A stretch of DNA of 64,000 nucleotides from NCBI GenBank assembly GCA_976551045.1, contig CDPCPM010000176.1, forward strand, positions 3,844,001 through 3,908,000. Direction: 5' to 3'. Both the position numbers and the translations under genes were made by a program. Below are positions 43,960-58,514 of this stretch, piece after piece. The stretch comes from Glaucostegus cemiculus. Its lineage: Eukaryota. The notes under the pieces were generated by a model. It saw only the letters and a list, made by a program, of their open reading frames with translations. It was not told the DNA's origin and ran no database searches. Position 1 is the stretch's first letter, and every line of letters starts with the position of its first letter.

Positions 43960-46900
43960 CAAGCAGCCCTGCATTAATTCAAAAGCTACAGTGAAAATTC
44001 ATTCTAAGTGAGTTTACTTTCACATCTGCCACTTCTGCATTGTAGACCACAAGAAAGCAGGTTTCACTTCCTTTGGTAAAGTTTGTTCTCTGATCAGCAA
44101 ATCCATTTTCCTCTCCACTCCTCTGATGCTTCTCTTTTTTAATCTAGCCTAACTAACGTTACCTCATTAGTCCCAAATTTGTACCTTTTTCGTATTTCTC
44201 ACTCATTTCCCCTCTTCCCTCCAAATCCATTTTGCCCAGGAGATTCAGTTCCTGCCTCCAGTTCCCAGAGTACTGAATCACCTTTCTTTCCTAGCCCTAC
44301 AGCAGCTGAAATCATTGACCATTGTCTCTCCTCAGGTACTGCAAACCCCGTTCCTCCATATCTACTATCATTACTCACCTCAAGAAAAAACCTTTGTTGC
44401 TTCCATCCAAAGTCCTTTAATCAGTTGCAGATCCCCTAAACTCAAGTCCATGTCACCCTAAACCCCTTACCCAAATCCCTATGGTTGGGTCGCCAAAATA
44501 GTACCAAAACAGTTTTAATTAAACTCACCAATGATATCCTTTGTGATTATAGCAAAAGCAATCTGTTCCTTTTTGCTCTTCTCAAGCCTTTGACATTGTC
44601 CCCAGTGTGTGGCTGAAGTCTGGAGAGTCGAGGGGAAGTGGGGAGAATAAAAATAGGATGAATAAAAATGGGATTAGTGAATGATCGGTGTAATGGGTGA
44701 TTAATATCTGGCACAGACTCAGTGGGCCAAGGGGCCTGTTTCTATGCTGTACAACTCTATGACTTTCCTCCTGTGCATCACAAATACCGTCCAGCTGGCC
44801 ATAGCTTCCATCACATTACGTCCCCACCATATTCACTCTGAGGCACAGTAGCATAGTGGTTAGCACCATCCTGCACAGCGCCAGCGACCCGGGTTCAAAT
44901 CCGGCCACTATCTGTAAGGAGTTTGTACGTTCCACCCGTGTCCATGTGGGTTTCCTCCGGGTGCTCCGGTTTCCTCCCACATTCCAAAGATGTACAGGTT
45001 AGGAAGTTATGGGCATGCTATGTTGGTGCTGGAAGTGTGGTGACACTTGCAGGCTGCCCCCACCCCCCAAAAATCACTAAGCAAAAGATGTGTTTCACTG
45101 TGTGTTTCGATGTACGTGACTAATAAAGAAATCTAATCAAACATCCATACATTGCTCACCCCCACAACCCCATTTCCCATCTACACGCTGCCTTTAGTTT
45201 ACAACTTCACATCATCTTTCCCTCAACTGTCATCCAGCAAATTTGCTTTGATAGGGTCAGAATATTTTAGTTTGTTTTGACTTGGCAGTGTTTTTATTTA
45301 TTAGTACTTAATTAAGTTGCTTTGCATTAATTCTAAATAATTCTGATTTTGTTATTAGAAAAAAACTTCAGGCAGTATATGCATCACCCAGTTTTTTTTC
45401 AGCTTCCAAGTGCATTAAATCCAAGGCATAGATTTAATTTAGTTAACTAAATATTAACAAAATTAAATAAAGGCATGGATTGTCACCTAGCAGAAATTTA
45501 ACAAAGCAGTTGACAACTTTCGTTAGAAAACCAAGAGAATCACTTTTCACACTAAACCCATTTTCTTGGGAGGTTGCTTCAACTTTCTGTGCATCAGTTC
45601 TGCAAGTTACACAGTAAAACCATTTCATGATTTGAAATGTAACTTTTCAGATTTTGGAGAAATATATTTGTGGAATCCTTGCTGCTTGTTAGACAGATAA
45701 ACATTGACCCTATGTCATCTTTTAAGGCAGTGGTAGATCTTGTCCTTCATGCTACTATCTTACTCAAACACATACAGAACTTGAAGCAAGCCATATATGC
45801 AACCTCCCAAGAAATGGGTTCAGTATCAAGCAACAAGGTTGTCAGCTACTTTGTTAAATTTCAGCTAGGTGACACACCCTGAATAAATCTGCACTCTTTA
45901 ATGTAATCACATACATGAGGTTTTGCACCTCATTCCACCTGCACTTTCACTCCTGTTCCTTTTTCCACTACCATCAGACCATTGACTAGCATATCGCACA
46001 GACAAACATAACTGTTAGTCAACTATGAGCACACTTTAAAAGGCACATGCAGCACACTGAAAGCAAAATGTAGAAATTTATCCAGCTGCTATTTATTGTT
46101 AACATGGATATTCAACATTGAAAAATTGCAAGATTTTTCCAAAGTAGGCTTTCAGAAAAAGAATCAATTAACATTGAAAAATTCAAGTCCCAAATTCTGG
46201 GAAGACTGAGGCCAACATCTCTGGTCCACATAATGAACTCTGTTCCTCCACCACAGACTTTAATTCCTCTCCCAGACAGCTGTCTGAATTAATCCATACC
46301 AGTTGCAACCTCAGTGCCATATCTGATCCAGACTGGTTTTGGACTTCACATCCATGAAGCCTTTGATCACCTACTTCTACCTCTGTACCATCATTTGACT
46401 TTGCTTCTGCTCATCTCCTCCACAACCTTCAAACACTTGCGCTGCATGTACATTTGACTATTTAAACAGTTCCTAGTTGGCCTCCTTTATTCCACTCTCT
46501 AGAGACAGCAGAGTTTTGGATGACTGTATATATTCCATGAGCAACAAGCTCTCTTTACCCATCAACCTCTATACTCGTTGACCTTCACTGCCTTCTGGTA
46601 AAGCACCATCTAAATTTCAAAACCCACATTATTTTTTCCAAATCCCTCTCAATTCTATTTAAGTCCTATTGTCTTTTTTGACATACTGTTCACAAATTCT
46701 AGTCTCTCCTGAAAATTTTAGTCACTCCACTATTCAGCAGTCACAGTGCCCAAACTCTGGAACTACCATGCCAGAGTAACTCTGCTTCTCTACCCTCTTT
46801 CCTCCTTTAAGGTGCTCAAACCACCTTCTAGACCAAGCCTTTAAGGCCAGCTGTCACTACATTTCTCAATAATAACAGGCATTGTGCTTTGTTTGATTTG

Positions 46901-46960
46901 TTGTTAAGAGTCATAGGATATTATGTCGAAGGTGCTAAATAAATGGAAGTTACTGTGCTG
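43960..46960 (+). mobile_element. Fragmented old L2-like LINE interrupted by younger insertions
   Basis: 44510-44600 reads LIKLTNDILCD...LF..AFDIV, the L2 RT motif K.TNDIL..D.G....L.LLDLSAAFDTV; L2-like 3' part at 46450-46950. Confidence 0.5.
44841..45135 (+). mobile_element. V-SINE (tRNA-derived)
   Basis: A box TAGCATAGTGG, B box GGTTCAAATCC, V-domain tgggtttcctccgggtgctccggtttcctcccaca. Confidence 0.88.
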
Positions 46961-48760
46961 TGACTGTGCAGCTTGGCTATAAGAGGCTTCAATACTGCAG
47001 CTTCTATAACCTAATCTGCAGAAACATCTGAAGCGGAAACAGTTAAATTTTATGACGTGATAATGTACAACTTTCTTTTAACAAAATGTTAGATAGGTAC
47101 ACCTAATGAATTTACAATGACACTGTTAATCACCTTGTGAATAGAATATGATTTTTGCTCTGTGGGAACCATGATAATGCAATCTGTCCAGGAGGTATAT
47201 TCCTTGGGTCGTGCAGAGGCAAAGCATGGGCAATTTGTCAGCTTACAAGTTAATTACATAGACAATTCTCTCCTGCTCTTGAGATGCTCCAGAAACCTCA
47301 TTAGTGTTAAGCCATCTGACACCAACAGAGTCATTTAATAGGTAAATCAGGCATCAAAACACCTAAATTTATTAAATGTCAGAAGCCTGCAGGTCATGCA
47401 CAACCTTGTTGGAAGATTAGAAAGTTTTATCTCTTGCGCAAAAGTAACTTTCGTCCCGGTCTATGAAGTCCACGATGACACAAGTACAAATTGTCTGGCT
47501 TGCATCATTTGCCATACCCTGTTTAGCATGAAGAAAGTGATATTGCTATTTTCCAAGCCTTTCAAAGAACTAAACAATTGTTCCTTTCTTAGCAATATGA
47601 AGCATGTGTGTTATACACTGAATTGATTATCAGATACATTTTAGTGCAATTATAAACCTTAAGCAGAAATATCCATTTTGAAACAGCAATATCTGAAAAT
47701 TTGCATCCCACCTTTGAGTAGGAATCAGTGAGCATCCTGTACAACCTGAAAGGAGAACTATTGTATGAAAAGGTCAGTTACCCCAGTGACAAGCTATTCC
47801 TATTCATGGCAGCACTGATGTGTTTTGCATCACAAGAATAAATGTGCCTTCCAATAAAGTGCAAGAGAACACAAAGCAAGTTGGCAGAGGCCAGAAATGT
47901 AGCAGTCCCAAATGCAAAAATGCCTATAGTGCTCTGCAAGACTGGAGAAACTGGAACCAGGTTAACACATACAGCACAGCTATTGAAATGAAAGGAAGAA
48001 AGCAGTTGCTGCGAGAAAACAGAAAATAGAATACAATTTAAAGATTTTAAATTAAGCATATGTGTTTATAGTTGTAGCCAAAACATTTTAATTGTTATAG
48101 TTATTTAAAAGAATAGATTTCAAATAATGTTGAATGTTTGTAGATGCCAAAATCATTCATACACATTCCTACTGGAAAATTTAACAACTAGTGATCTTTG
48201 GGGTTGGGCTTCACCCGTATTATCACTGAATGTCAGAGTACATCAGTGTAACCAGCCACCTGCCCCAGGGGAGGGAAGCCCCACACACATCTCAGGAGAC
48301 AGCCTACCAGCAGGAGACTGCACCTAATCCACAGCAGAAGCAGCAGTCTAGTGCAGGGGTACAGGTGGCTGGCAGTCTCAGGGCAGCAGAAAGTCTGCCT
48401 ATCATACTCCTCTATTGTCACGTCTTCAATATTAATAGTACCAATAACCATTCCAGACTGCGCTATAATACTCCCGCTGAAGCAGAAATGACGTTTCTTA
48501 AGCATCGAGTGTCCATATATTAATATGGCCCATACACTGCTTTTGAGAATTTGAGTTTCTGAAAATATTGTTCTTTGGCTCAGTCACACAATTAAAACAG
48601 AAAGACAGGATTAAATAAAGAAAAAAATCAAGCTTTATTTTCATTGTATTAATTTAACAGATATAAGCAAACAGGTGAAGTACCAGTTTTACAGGAGCTT
48701 TTTCCTGCCCATTTCCAAGTTCATATGTAAATAGTAAAATGAAGACAAAAAGCTCACAAT

Positions 48761-48903
48761 AAGCTGGAAGAACGCAACGGGTTAGGCAGCATCCAAGGAG
48801 GGAAATGGACTGTCTATTTCCCTCCACAGATGCTGCCTGATGTGCTGAGTTCTTCCAGCTTGTGTGTTCTTCCAGATTTCCAGCATCTACAGTCTTGTGT
48901 CTC
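48761..48903. mobile_element. Penelope-like fold-back fragment (101-nt imperfect palindrome plus tail)
   Basis: Two opposed copies of the terminal repeat joined at 48811. Confidence 0.75.
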
Positions 48904-48994
48904 AAGATTTCAGCTCGTTGTGTGGTTTTGTACATATTATTATTATTATAGAAAGGATACATCAGAAACAGAAAGCGTGCAATTACATTTCATT

Positions 48995-49290
48995 AGAACA
49001 TAGAACATGAGACCGTGCAACAGAGGAACACACCCCTTTGACCCATGATGTCTGTGCCAAACACTGACAAATTAAACCAATTCTGCCTGCGCATGATCCA
49101 TATCCTTCCATTCCCTACATATTCGTGTGCTTATCTAACAGCCACTTAAACATCACTGTTGTATCTGCTTCCACCACTAGTCCAGCAGCCCATTCTGGGC
49201 ACCTACCACTCTCTGTACAACAAAAACATGCCCTGCACATTTCCCTTAAACTTTCCCTCTCTCACTTTAAATGCATATTCCTCCAGTATC
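48995..49290 (-). mobile_element. CR1 LINE 3' end
   Basis: tagaacatagaacat start (reverse of the tatgttc tail); similar to 23717-24019. Confidence 0.8.
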
Positions 49291-52061
49291 TAGTCATTTA
49301 GGTGGATGTTGCTGCGAACAAGAGTTATAATTCTTATGAGAGAATGAATTAACCCTTTACCCAAATGGAACTGGAATATTAAGGGATGACCTGATAAACG
49401 TCTGGAGTATTACAGAAGGATCTAATAATCTGTCCACATTTAGTTTATTCCCAGCAGACGATAGGACAGTAAAAAAGTCCAAACTTCAGAGTTAAACAAA
49501 GCTGCAAAATTATTTACAATACAGTGGCAAAGGTGGAAATTTTCAGCTGCATCTTTAAGTGAAGGAAACAAGTAGATAGTTTCTTGTGAAAACAGAATCA
49601 AAGTTCAAAGTCAAGTTTATTGTCATATGCACAAGTACATGTATGCACAGCTGCAATTAAAAACTTACTTGAATAAGCAATACTAAACATCTGGAGAACG
49701 AGTAGAATTGGACTGCACAGCACATGGAAGAAAATCACTAGTGCGGAATTAATGGGACAATTGGCCAAATTTTAATCAGAGCTTATTTAAAAGAAATTGC
49801 TAAATTTACTGTAAAGCATGCAAAAACTCTTTTGGGAACTATATTATATTACAACAATACACTGCAGTATATCAATCTAGAAAATTATACTATGTATTAA
49901 TATTCATTGTTTTCCCTCATTTAAACACACTGAAATCAAAAGGATAAACGGATTTTAGTTACTGAATGACAGGCCTATATTCATTACACAAGTCAGCACA
50001 CCGATAACCATCACCCACCTCCTTCATTGTGCTATGTCTCTAACAGGGCATCCTAAATTATAGAAAGTGAATCAACTAAAGTGTTCTAAGTTACATAACA
50101 TCACTCCTACAAGGTCTGAAGAATTAAGCCTGCAATATTCAAAAGGATTAAAAATCTTCGTCCAAGTGCTCAGAAAGTATCTGGTCCAAGTAAATAAGTA
50201 ATTTAACTCATTGCTACAATTAAAGCTACACAGAAACCTAAACACAAGGCCTTGACGTTGGCATCTTTGACCAACGAAAGTTAAACGCAGCCTCCTACAT
50301 CCTTCTTTTTAAACTTGATTTTATCAAGTAAGTTGTGTGGGACAAGTAGACAGGTTGGATTGGTGGTTGCAAATTGACATTGATGAATCTGCCAGAGTCT
50401 CTAACAACAATTTGGCGGATGTTATTCTGATTACTGGGAGTTAGCCTATTTTTTTTTTGAGATATATGCATTTTACAACTCTCCGCACTATGATTTAACT
50501 TCAAATATCTAAAGCAACCTAATCTGTTAATTTGTACCCATTTGATATTGAAGGAGAAAATAAGGTATTTAATCCAGGTTTAAATTAGCAGTGAGCGTAG
50601 CTGTAAAATAATCAAATTTGTAGCACTACATTCATTACGAGTTACACTGCCTACCCTGGGAGCAATTCTAACAAGTTCCTTATTGAAAGCACTATACATA
50701 TCTTTGGTAAAAATGGAAATAATGGAAACACAGGACAAATTATGATTTCAAATCTGATTGAAACTTTGCTGTTTTGCACCACTGAAATAATAACTGAGCC
50801 AAGACCCAACTGCACATCAAGTAAAGCCAGAGTATATTAACAGAGGATTCATGATAACATTGTGTATTGTAGAATTTCTTTATTAAAATTAGCTACTGAG
50901 AAACAATTAAGCTTCACTTAAAAAAAAAACCAATGCCAGTCAAAACACAGATTCTAGCTGTTTCCCAACTGTTCAATATCTTTCCAGACAACTTCAGATA
51001 TCTGAATCTTTCACTTTCTCAATGGAGGCAAGTTACAAATTCCCAAGTTTATAAACAGCTGGTTTCAAACTTTACATCTCATTTTGAAATCTGCTTCCTC
51101 TCTATTTTACCATTACACCATTCTAATGAATACACAACATAAGCTCAGATTTAATAGCCCATCTTCCCAAGTACAAAATGAATACTACTGATTTACAATT
51201 AATAGTCATTAGAATAATTCAGATTCTGCAAAGCAAAAGCGCCAAATGTAATGCACACTTGAAATCCAGCGGTTGTGAATAGAAAGGACAATGCATTCAA
51301 CCATCCCAATGTACTTTCAGTGCAAGAGTCAATACAAAAGGTCAGAATTACTCAGATTGAGTACATTTATGCAGAACATTTTGGCACCATTTGAACTTCA
51401 GTGAATTGATGAAAGATAAATGTTGCAAGGTGCATCTCTCTCTCAGGCACCTTATCAGGTTCATGTGGCCACAATATAATTTTACCTAATCCAATGAGCA
51501 AACTTTTTAGAAAAAATAGATTCACACACTAACCTGCTTCTCTCCATCTCCTCAGCACCACAAGCAATTTTTGGAGGTGGGAGCAATATCCAAAAAAGCC
51601 CCAAATGGCACAGAGTCATGCAAATTGCCAGTTTTCAGTGAACGTTTGGTGCACTAAATAGCTAAGTACCAGTTTTGATCGCATTGGAACAGCCTGAGGC
51701 ACATCTGGTATCATTCAACTTTGCTACTGAAATGTAGACAGCCAATATCTGCATTCAACTGTAAACCCATATGTAACTAACCAGTCCTTGATTCTGATGG
51801 ATCGGAAGTAGAGGCCCACTGCAACATGTTACAAAAACACTAACATTTAGAAAAACAATTTTCCTGCACGTGCTACCAGTCTAGTTGAAATGGAAACAAC
51901 ATCATGTAAATATTACTGAAATAATATAAAATCACCCATGATGCAGAAGTAATTTCTTCAAACATACAGGTATTTTCCCCAATTCAAGGGTCCAAAATCA
52001 TAGACTCGTACAACACAGGAAGCCTTTTGAACCACTGAGTCCTGTTGAACAGCAATCTAGC

Positions 52062-52700
52062 AAATTATTTTCTTACTTCCCTATTTCAGGTAAGCCACCC
52101 AATTCTAACTAGCAAATCCTACTCTAAACATAATGTTTGAACTGAGGATAAAATAGTATTTCAAACAGGTTTACCATTCATTATCTTAGCCGTCTACCAA
52201 AGTCTGTCACCTTACATCTGCATTAATTTCACCCTTTTAGCAATCCACTTCATCAACTCATGTCAAGATGTATCCTGTGTCCCAAGGTTATACAAATACA
52301 TGATGTAGTCATGTTTATAGAACCACTCAATTTTTTTAAGCAAATATCAAACTGCATCGAGGTTGAGAAGGAACAGTTATGCTTAACTATTTTTTTTAGA
52401 TTTTTTATTTACAGTGTGGTAACAGGCCCTTTTGGCCCAATGAGTCCACGCCGCCCATTTTAAACCCCCAAATTAACCTACCTGTACGTCTTTTTGCAAT
52501 GTGGGAGGAAACCGGAGCACCCGGAGGAAACCCACGCAGACACGGGAGAACGTACAAACTCCTTACAGTCAGCGACGGGAATCAAACCCCAATCGCTGGC
52601 GCTGTAACAGCGTCGTGCTGACCGCTACGCTATTGTGCCGCCCCAAATTAAAATCATTTTCTTACTTCCCTATTTCAGGTAAGCCACCCAATTCTAACTA
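52062..52700 (+). repeat. 50-bp direct repeat pair (52062-52111 and 52651-52700)
   Basis: aaatYattttcttacttccctatttcaggtaagccacccaattctaacta, 49/50 identical. Confidence 0.9.
52392..52644 (-). mobile_element. Young V-SINE with CR1-derived tail
   Basis: Minus strand GGGGCGGCACAATAGCGTAGCGG (A box), GGTTTGATTCCC (B box), V-domain, tail gggccaaaagggcctgttacc; many CpGs retained. Confidence 0.9.
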
Positions 52701-53582
52701 ACTTCAAGCTCCAGAAAAAGCAACTTAAAGATTAGGTGACTAATTACAGAAATAGAAATTCCCACAAATGTAGAACATTCTCTAGAGCAAACTACTGCTG
52801 AACTCAATTACAAACAAAACTCCAGCAATTAAATAAACTTCAGGAATCCACACTTAGATTCCTGTTCTCACCCCTACAAGTTTCAAACCTTCGGAGCCTT
52901 CATAAAATTCACTTATTTGACAGAGCTGTTAATCACCTAACAAAATGCCTCCATCTTCCTCATTCATCTGTGAAGCACCTTTGGATTTTTCTGCTTTCAA
53001 AGCATGATATAAATGCAAATTGCCACTTGTACACAACCATGAAGTGTTTAGATCAAGAGGAATTGCTTCCAACAGTAAAAAGGGCAATAAAAATCACTTA
53101 AGGACCCAGAGATGACATCAGGAAGAAGTACTGAATGGTAAGGATTTGGAATACAGTATCTGATAGGATAGTAATAGTTCCAGTAGTTTTGAAAAGAAAA
53201 TTGAGTAAATTTGGATAAACTAGAGAGAAAGTTACAACGATATGGGGGGAGAAAAGCAGGGAGTGGAACTAACTGGACTACCTTTTACAAAAGGTGACAC
53301 AGTAATATTACTTGGACGTTTACCCCATAGTAACACTTAGCCAGTTAAGTTAATGCAACACAGAACAGTTTGAGTTAGTGGTCAAATATGTATTGTATGA
53401 CGCTGTAAAATGTTCTTAGAAATAGTGAAGTAGAAAATGTGGGTTATGTATCAGATTAGCTTTTGAATATGTATTGAATTTCCTATTAATTGGAATACCT
53501 TCAAGATTTAATTGGCCAGACCTTAATGATAGGCCAAATTGCCTCCCCGTGTTTAATTCACTGATTTTAATCCAAAAAAAAT

Positions 53583-53880
53583 CAACTGCTGGAAGAACTC
53601 AGTGGGTAAGCAGCATCTGTGGAGGCAGAGAGATGGCCACTCTTTCGTGTCAAGACGCAAGAATGTAGAGGTAGGATAGCCAGTATATGGAAATGAGAGG
53701 GAGATGCAAGACCGAGACTGGTAGGTAATAAGTAGAACCAGCTTGGGTGCAGAGGGGTGAAGATGGTCCAGTGGAGCCAAGTGAGGGAGGGTGAGGGGGT
53801 AGTGTTGTGATACAGGACGGAGGTTGGTAGGTGATAGGTGGAAACAGATAATGGGCTGGGGGGGGTGGTGGGTAGAGTCA
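53583..53880 (-). mobile_element. Penelope-like fragment, hammerhead core lost
   Basis: tgctggaagaactcagtgggtaagcagcatctgtggagg matches 39361 onward; G-rich body. Confidence 0.7.
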
Positions 53881-55689
53881 GATGTTAATCCCAGTTCAAA
53901 GTAGAGTTTTGTGATAGAACTGTTAGAGCATAATCTTATACAAAGTATATCAGCACTAGAGCAGGAATAACTTGTGGTTGTTTGAGCCCCAAAGACAATC
54001 AATGTAGGTCATTTGTAACTTACAGACCTTTTAAAGAATAAACCTGTAAATCTGTGAGGAATCGATTCCCAGCAGTAAGAAAACAGATAAAAGGCAAGGA
54101 CAACTGCTCATGTTACAAGACATTCCCCATGTAGAACAGAGTGGTCCACACAACCTTTGTTCCCGTGGGCAATAATTGCATGACAGAATTTATTAAGTAC
54201 TTTACTGGCTTGGATATTTGACATTGTCAATAACAGGCCATTAAATGTCCAACAGAAGAAAACACTAGATCAACATTTCCACACACAGGGAATGACATTT
54301 GCTACACTATTGTTGAATTGGAACATTGTAATCATAAACTTGGTAGTGTTGAGCTTGCCATTGTGTACTTCAGATATGGCCAATTAAATCTTGAAGGTAT
54401 TCCATTTAATAGGAAATTCAATACATATGAAAAAGCTGGTCTGAAACATAACCCACCCATTCTATTCCACTATTTCTAAGAACATTTTACAGCTTTATAC
54501 AATACATATTTGACCTCCAATTAACTCAAACTGCACGGCATTGCACTAAGTTAACTGTCTAAGAGTGCTGTCTTACTATGGGGTTAAATGTCCAAGTAAC
54601 ATAAGACTTATGGATTACGTCAATAAAAAGAAGTCCCTCAGATCAATACACATGGAAAAGGGCTGTAAATTTCAGAGATCAGGCTCGTCATACTAACCCC
54701 GCTTGAACACCAAATCCTACTCACACCAGTACTGCCACGCCACATAAATCAGCTAAAAGGAGCCTTCTTAGTTGGCCACATTTTAGAATGAGTAATTGCA
54801 GAATTCCACTACTGGAAGCTGCTTAAAACAAAACCAATCCACAATTCCAGAATTTGGAGAAACAAATCTTTTCATGTTGCCCTTCAACTTCTAAAGCCTT
54901 GGCTTTGCAAATCTTCCAGCACTGTCCAGTGATAACTCAGAACCACAATGCATTTATTATACAAAGAAAAAGTAGCTTTTTAAAATTGATTTTGCTTGCA
55001 AAAATGAGCTATACTTTTTCAACAAACACTATTGCTGGAAAGAATACTTGGAACTGGTAAAATCATAATCTTTTTTTCATAGGCAGTTACACAATGCTGG
55101 TTCTGAAAAAAAATGAACTGCCCAGAAAACAAAGCAAAGCCGTGGGGTAATTATGTCAGGTCACTTAATCAGCATTAGATCACAATTTTAAAAATGTGCT
55201 GAGGAGTCAGAGAGGGGGACAAGGCAGCAATTTATCCAGTATTTAAAAAAAGATTTAAGCATTATTCAACTGGTTTGTAAATAACAACAAAAAATTGGTT
55301 GAATATGAGATAGGCAAAGCTTCAATTTTAATGAATTTCTTACATAACAAAAATGTGGTATTTCAAGAAGTTAAAAAAAATGCTGTATTTTCTCCAAGAC
55401 ATAAAATGAAATTATACACAATCCCACATGCATTTATAAAACAGAATACTAAGTTTTCTTGGCAAAGCACAAGAATTTTTAAACAATATCAGACACTAGA
55501 TGCTGAGTAATTAGAAAATAGCTGATGAAGCATTTAACTTTGGACATCTCTGCATGTTTATCACCTGTGACAGAAATATTCCAAACTCTGGGTGAGGAAT
55601 GCAAGATATGACAATAAACTTACATGCCCTTCATAATGAATACATGTTACATGCAATTTATGTATAATTTATGTTAATTTAAGTTTATG

Positions 55690-55800
55690 TAACTTGTTTG
55701 TCCTCTCCTTGAATGTACTGTGCTGCTGCTGTAAAAATCTACCTTTCGTGACATTTATACCGTGTGTATGTATGCCCATAACAACAATAAACTTGAACTT
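55690..55800 (+). mobile_element. LINE 3' tail (related antisense tails at ~33337 and ~49600)
   Basis: tgtactgtgctgctgctg...acaataaacttgaactt. Confidence 0.55.
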
Positions 55801-58514
55801 GTTTGTAAAACAGCATGGTTAACAGTCATAACCAACATAACTAATTAAACACATTCCCCACAACCCTGCCACTCTGGTACGCCAGTAAGTGCATTAAGAT
55901 TTGAAATAAAGCCTAGAAACTTCCTAGTTCTATTGTAATAAATTACTATTTCTTCACAGTTCGAACATGCATGGCGAATAAATACATTGGGTAAGAATTG
56001 TGCAATGTTTCAAAGAATCTTAAACAACTTTTAAACCAATTTTACTTCCAAAGTTCTACTTACTGGAAAGTGGGAACATTCTCTCCAGACTCATGAGTTC
56101 CTTAGGTTAGAAAGCTTCGAATCACCCATACAGCCTGTTCAACTAAGACAACTTACTTTCAGGTCTCATGTAAGTATCTCAAAACTCTCTACAGTGGATA
56201 AAGGCAAAGACTGAACATCTGGTGCAGGAACACTAGAGGTAGGAAGGTGTTTGAACAATTTAAAAAAAATCCAGAGAATAATATTTTCGTTTTCAGCACT
56301 GGAGCTGTATACACGGTATGCATGCAATAACCTGTAATTAGAATATAGAATAAATTCAAACACATGACTAGAAAAGATAGTCTAAACAAGGTTGGATAAA
56401 GCAATAGTGGAAGACAGAATTAAAGAATCTAACCCCTAAAAGAGTTCAGCCAAGATATGGGTGGAGCAGAAATCAAGTAGGTCAAGCTTCAAATGAAAAA
56501 CAGCTTTGAATGATCAGCTATGAAGCACAAAGCTTGGTGCATGGTCAATAAGAACAAAATAGTCATATATCAAAGTGAGAGATGCCAGCAGGTTGATCTC
56601 AGGTGCATATGCTGATGAGAGCTGACCATCCTTTTATGCTGTTGAGCTGTGGAAAGTCTTTTGTTAGTTTCAGGTCACTTTGACTGATCTGAATGTAACA
56701 GCCAGAGACATGCATTTAGTAAAGATAAAACTCTTGTCTGATGTTTTCATTTAAACTCAGAATGATTATTTCTAGAAACTACTTCAAATTTACCATAGGT
56801 TCCTGCATTGCAAACAACTGGGTCAAAACTGATGAAATAGAGTCTATGTGCTTGCACATCACTGCAAAAAAATTGCAGGGAGAAATGTGCACTGCCGGCA
56901 GCAAGACACTGTTTCTACAAGTCTATTATCACAAACAGCAAAACAATTTAAGTGCATGATTCATTTTGATTAGAGAAATAACATTTGTAAATTAGGCCAA
57001 TTTAATTAAGCTTATGTATGCTAATTTTGATAATTAAACCTTAGCCAACCCATATAATTAAAAAGTGCTAGTCCTGTGGCTGTTAACACAATAAAGTACC
57101 AGGCTGGAAAAATCATACATCTTTGCTCTGTTAAATGCTAATGTACAACCTTAACTAAACCCAGCTGAGAATACATTAGTAAAGTATTTAGAGCTCATTT
57201 ATCAATAGAAAAACAAATTGAAGGAGTAGACAATTGGCCCCTTGCACCTACTCTACCATTCAATAAGACCATGGTTGGCCTTTCACCTCAACACTACTTT
57301 CTTGAATAACCCCAAAGATCATAACAATCTATAAAATTTTTTACATGTACTCAATGAGTCTCCACAGCCCTTTTGTTTGTAGAACTCCAACGTTCATTAT
57401 CCTTGAGGTGAAAAAATTCTTACCTGTCCTAAATAGCTGACCCCTTATTTTGAGCTTGTGACCCCTGGTTCCAGACACCCCAACCATGGGAAATATCATT
57501 CCTGCTTCTACCCTGTCACATCCTGTAACAATTTAGTACATTTCAATGAGATCATCTTGTTCTCCTAAACTATAGAGAACAAAGGTAACTGGCACATCCC
57601 AGAAGGTAACCTGGTGAATCTTTGTTACACACATACTCTCGCTGCATCTTCCTCCTTGGGTAGGGAAACCAGACCTGTACACTGTATTCCAGCTACAATC
57701 TCACCAGGGCCCTGCATAATTGTATTAAAACTTCCTTACTCTTGTGAATTCCTCTTCCAGTAAAGGACAATGTATTATTTGCCTTCCTAATTGCTAGCTT
57801 CACCTGCATTTTAATTTGGTGATTCATGTACTTGGGCACCCAGCTCCCTCTGAATAACAACACCTTTCACTTTCTCTAAAAAAAACCCTCCTTGCCTTTA
57901 TCTTTACCACAGAAGCAAATGAGCCCACCTTTTTCTATATTCTCCATCTCTCCTGCCACTTGCTGAGCCTTCTATATCCCCCAAAACCTCTCTGCATCCT
58001 CTTCAAAACTTACACTGCCACCCAGATTGGTAGCCTCAGCAAACCTGGATATTTTAATATTCAAATCACTGATACTGAACAGCTGGCACCTCAGCATCTG
58101 TCCCTGCAGCACCCCCACTAGTCAAGGCCTCCCAGCTCAAATGAACCATTTATTCCAACTCCATTCTCAGTGCATTAACTAATCCACATCAGTACCTTAC
58201 CTATAATCACCTGTGCTCTAATTTTGTTTAGGAACCTGTGTGGCACCTTACTGTACGCCATCTGCAAGTCCAAAAGCACCACCTCCATTAGTTTCCCCTT
58301 TTCTATTCTGTGGGTACAGCCTGAATAACAGATTTGTCAAACATAATTTGCCCTTTGTAATTCCGAACATTACCTTCCAAGTGCACTCTTTCCACTTCCT
58401 TATAAATAGATGTTATCATTTTCCCTACTACTGACATTAGGCTAACTGGAATATAGACTCCTGCTTTCTCTCTCTCTCTCTCAAAATAGTGGGGTTTACA
58501 TTTGCTATCCTGAA

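Noticed and set aside
44841-44910. tRNA gene (A and B boxes); similarly 52570-52644
   Set aside because: Continues into a V-domain and SINE tail and lacks a proper acceptor stem; these are SINE heads
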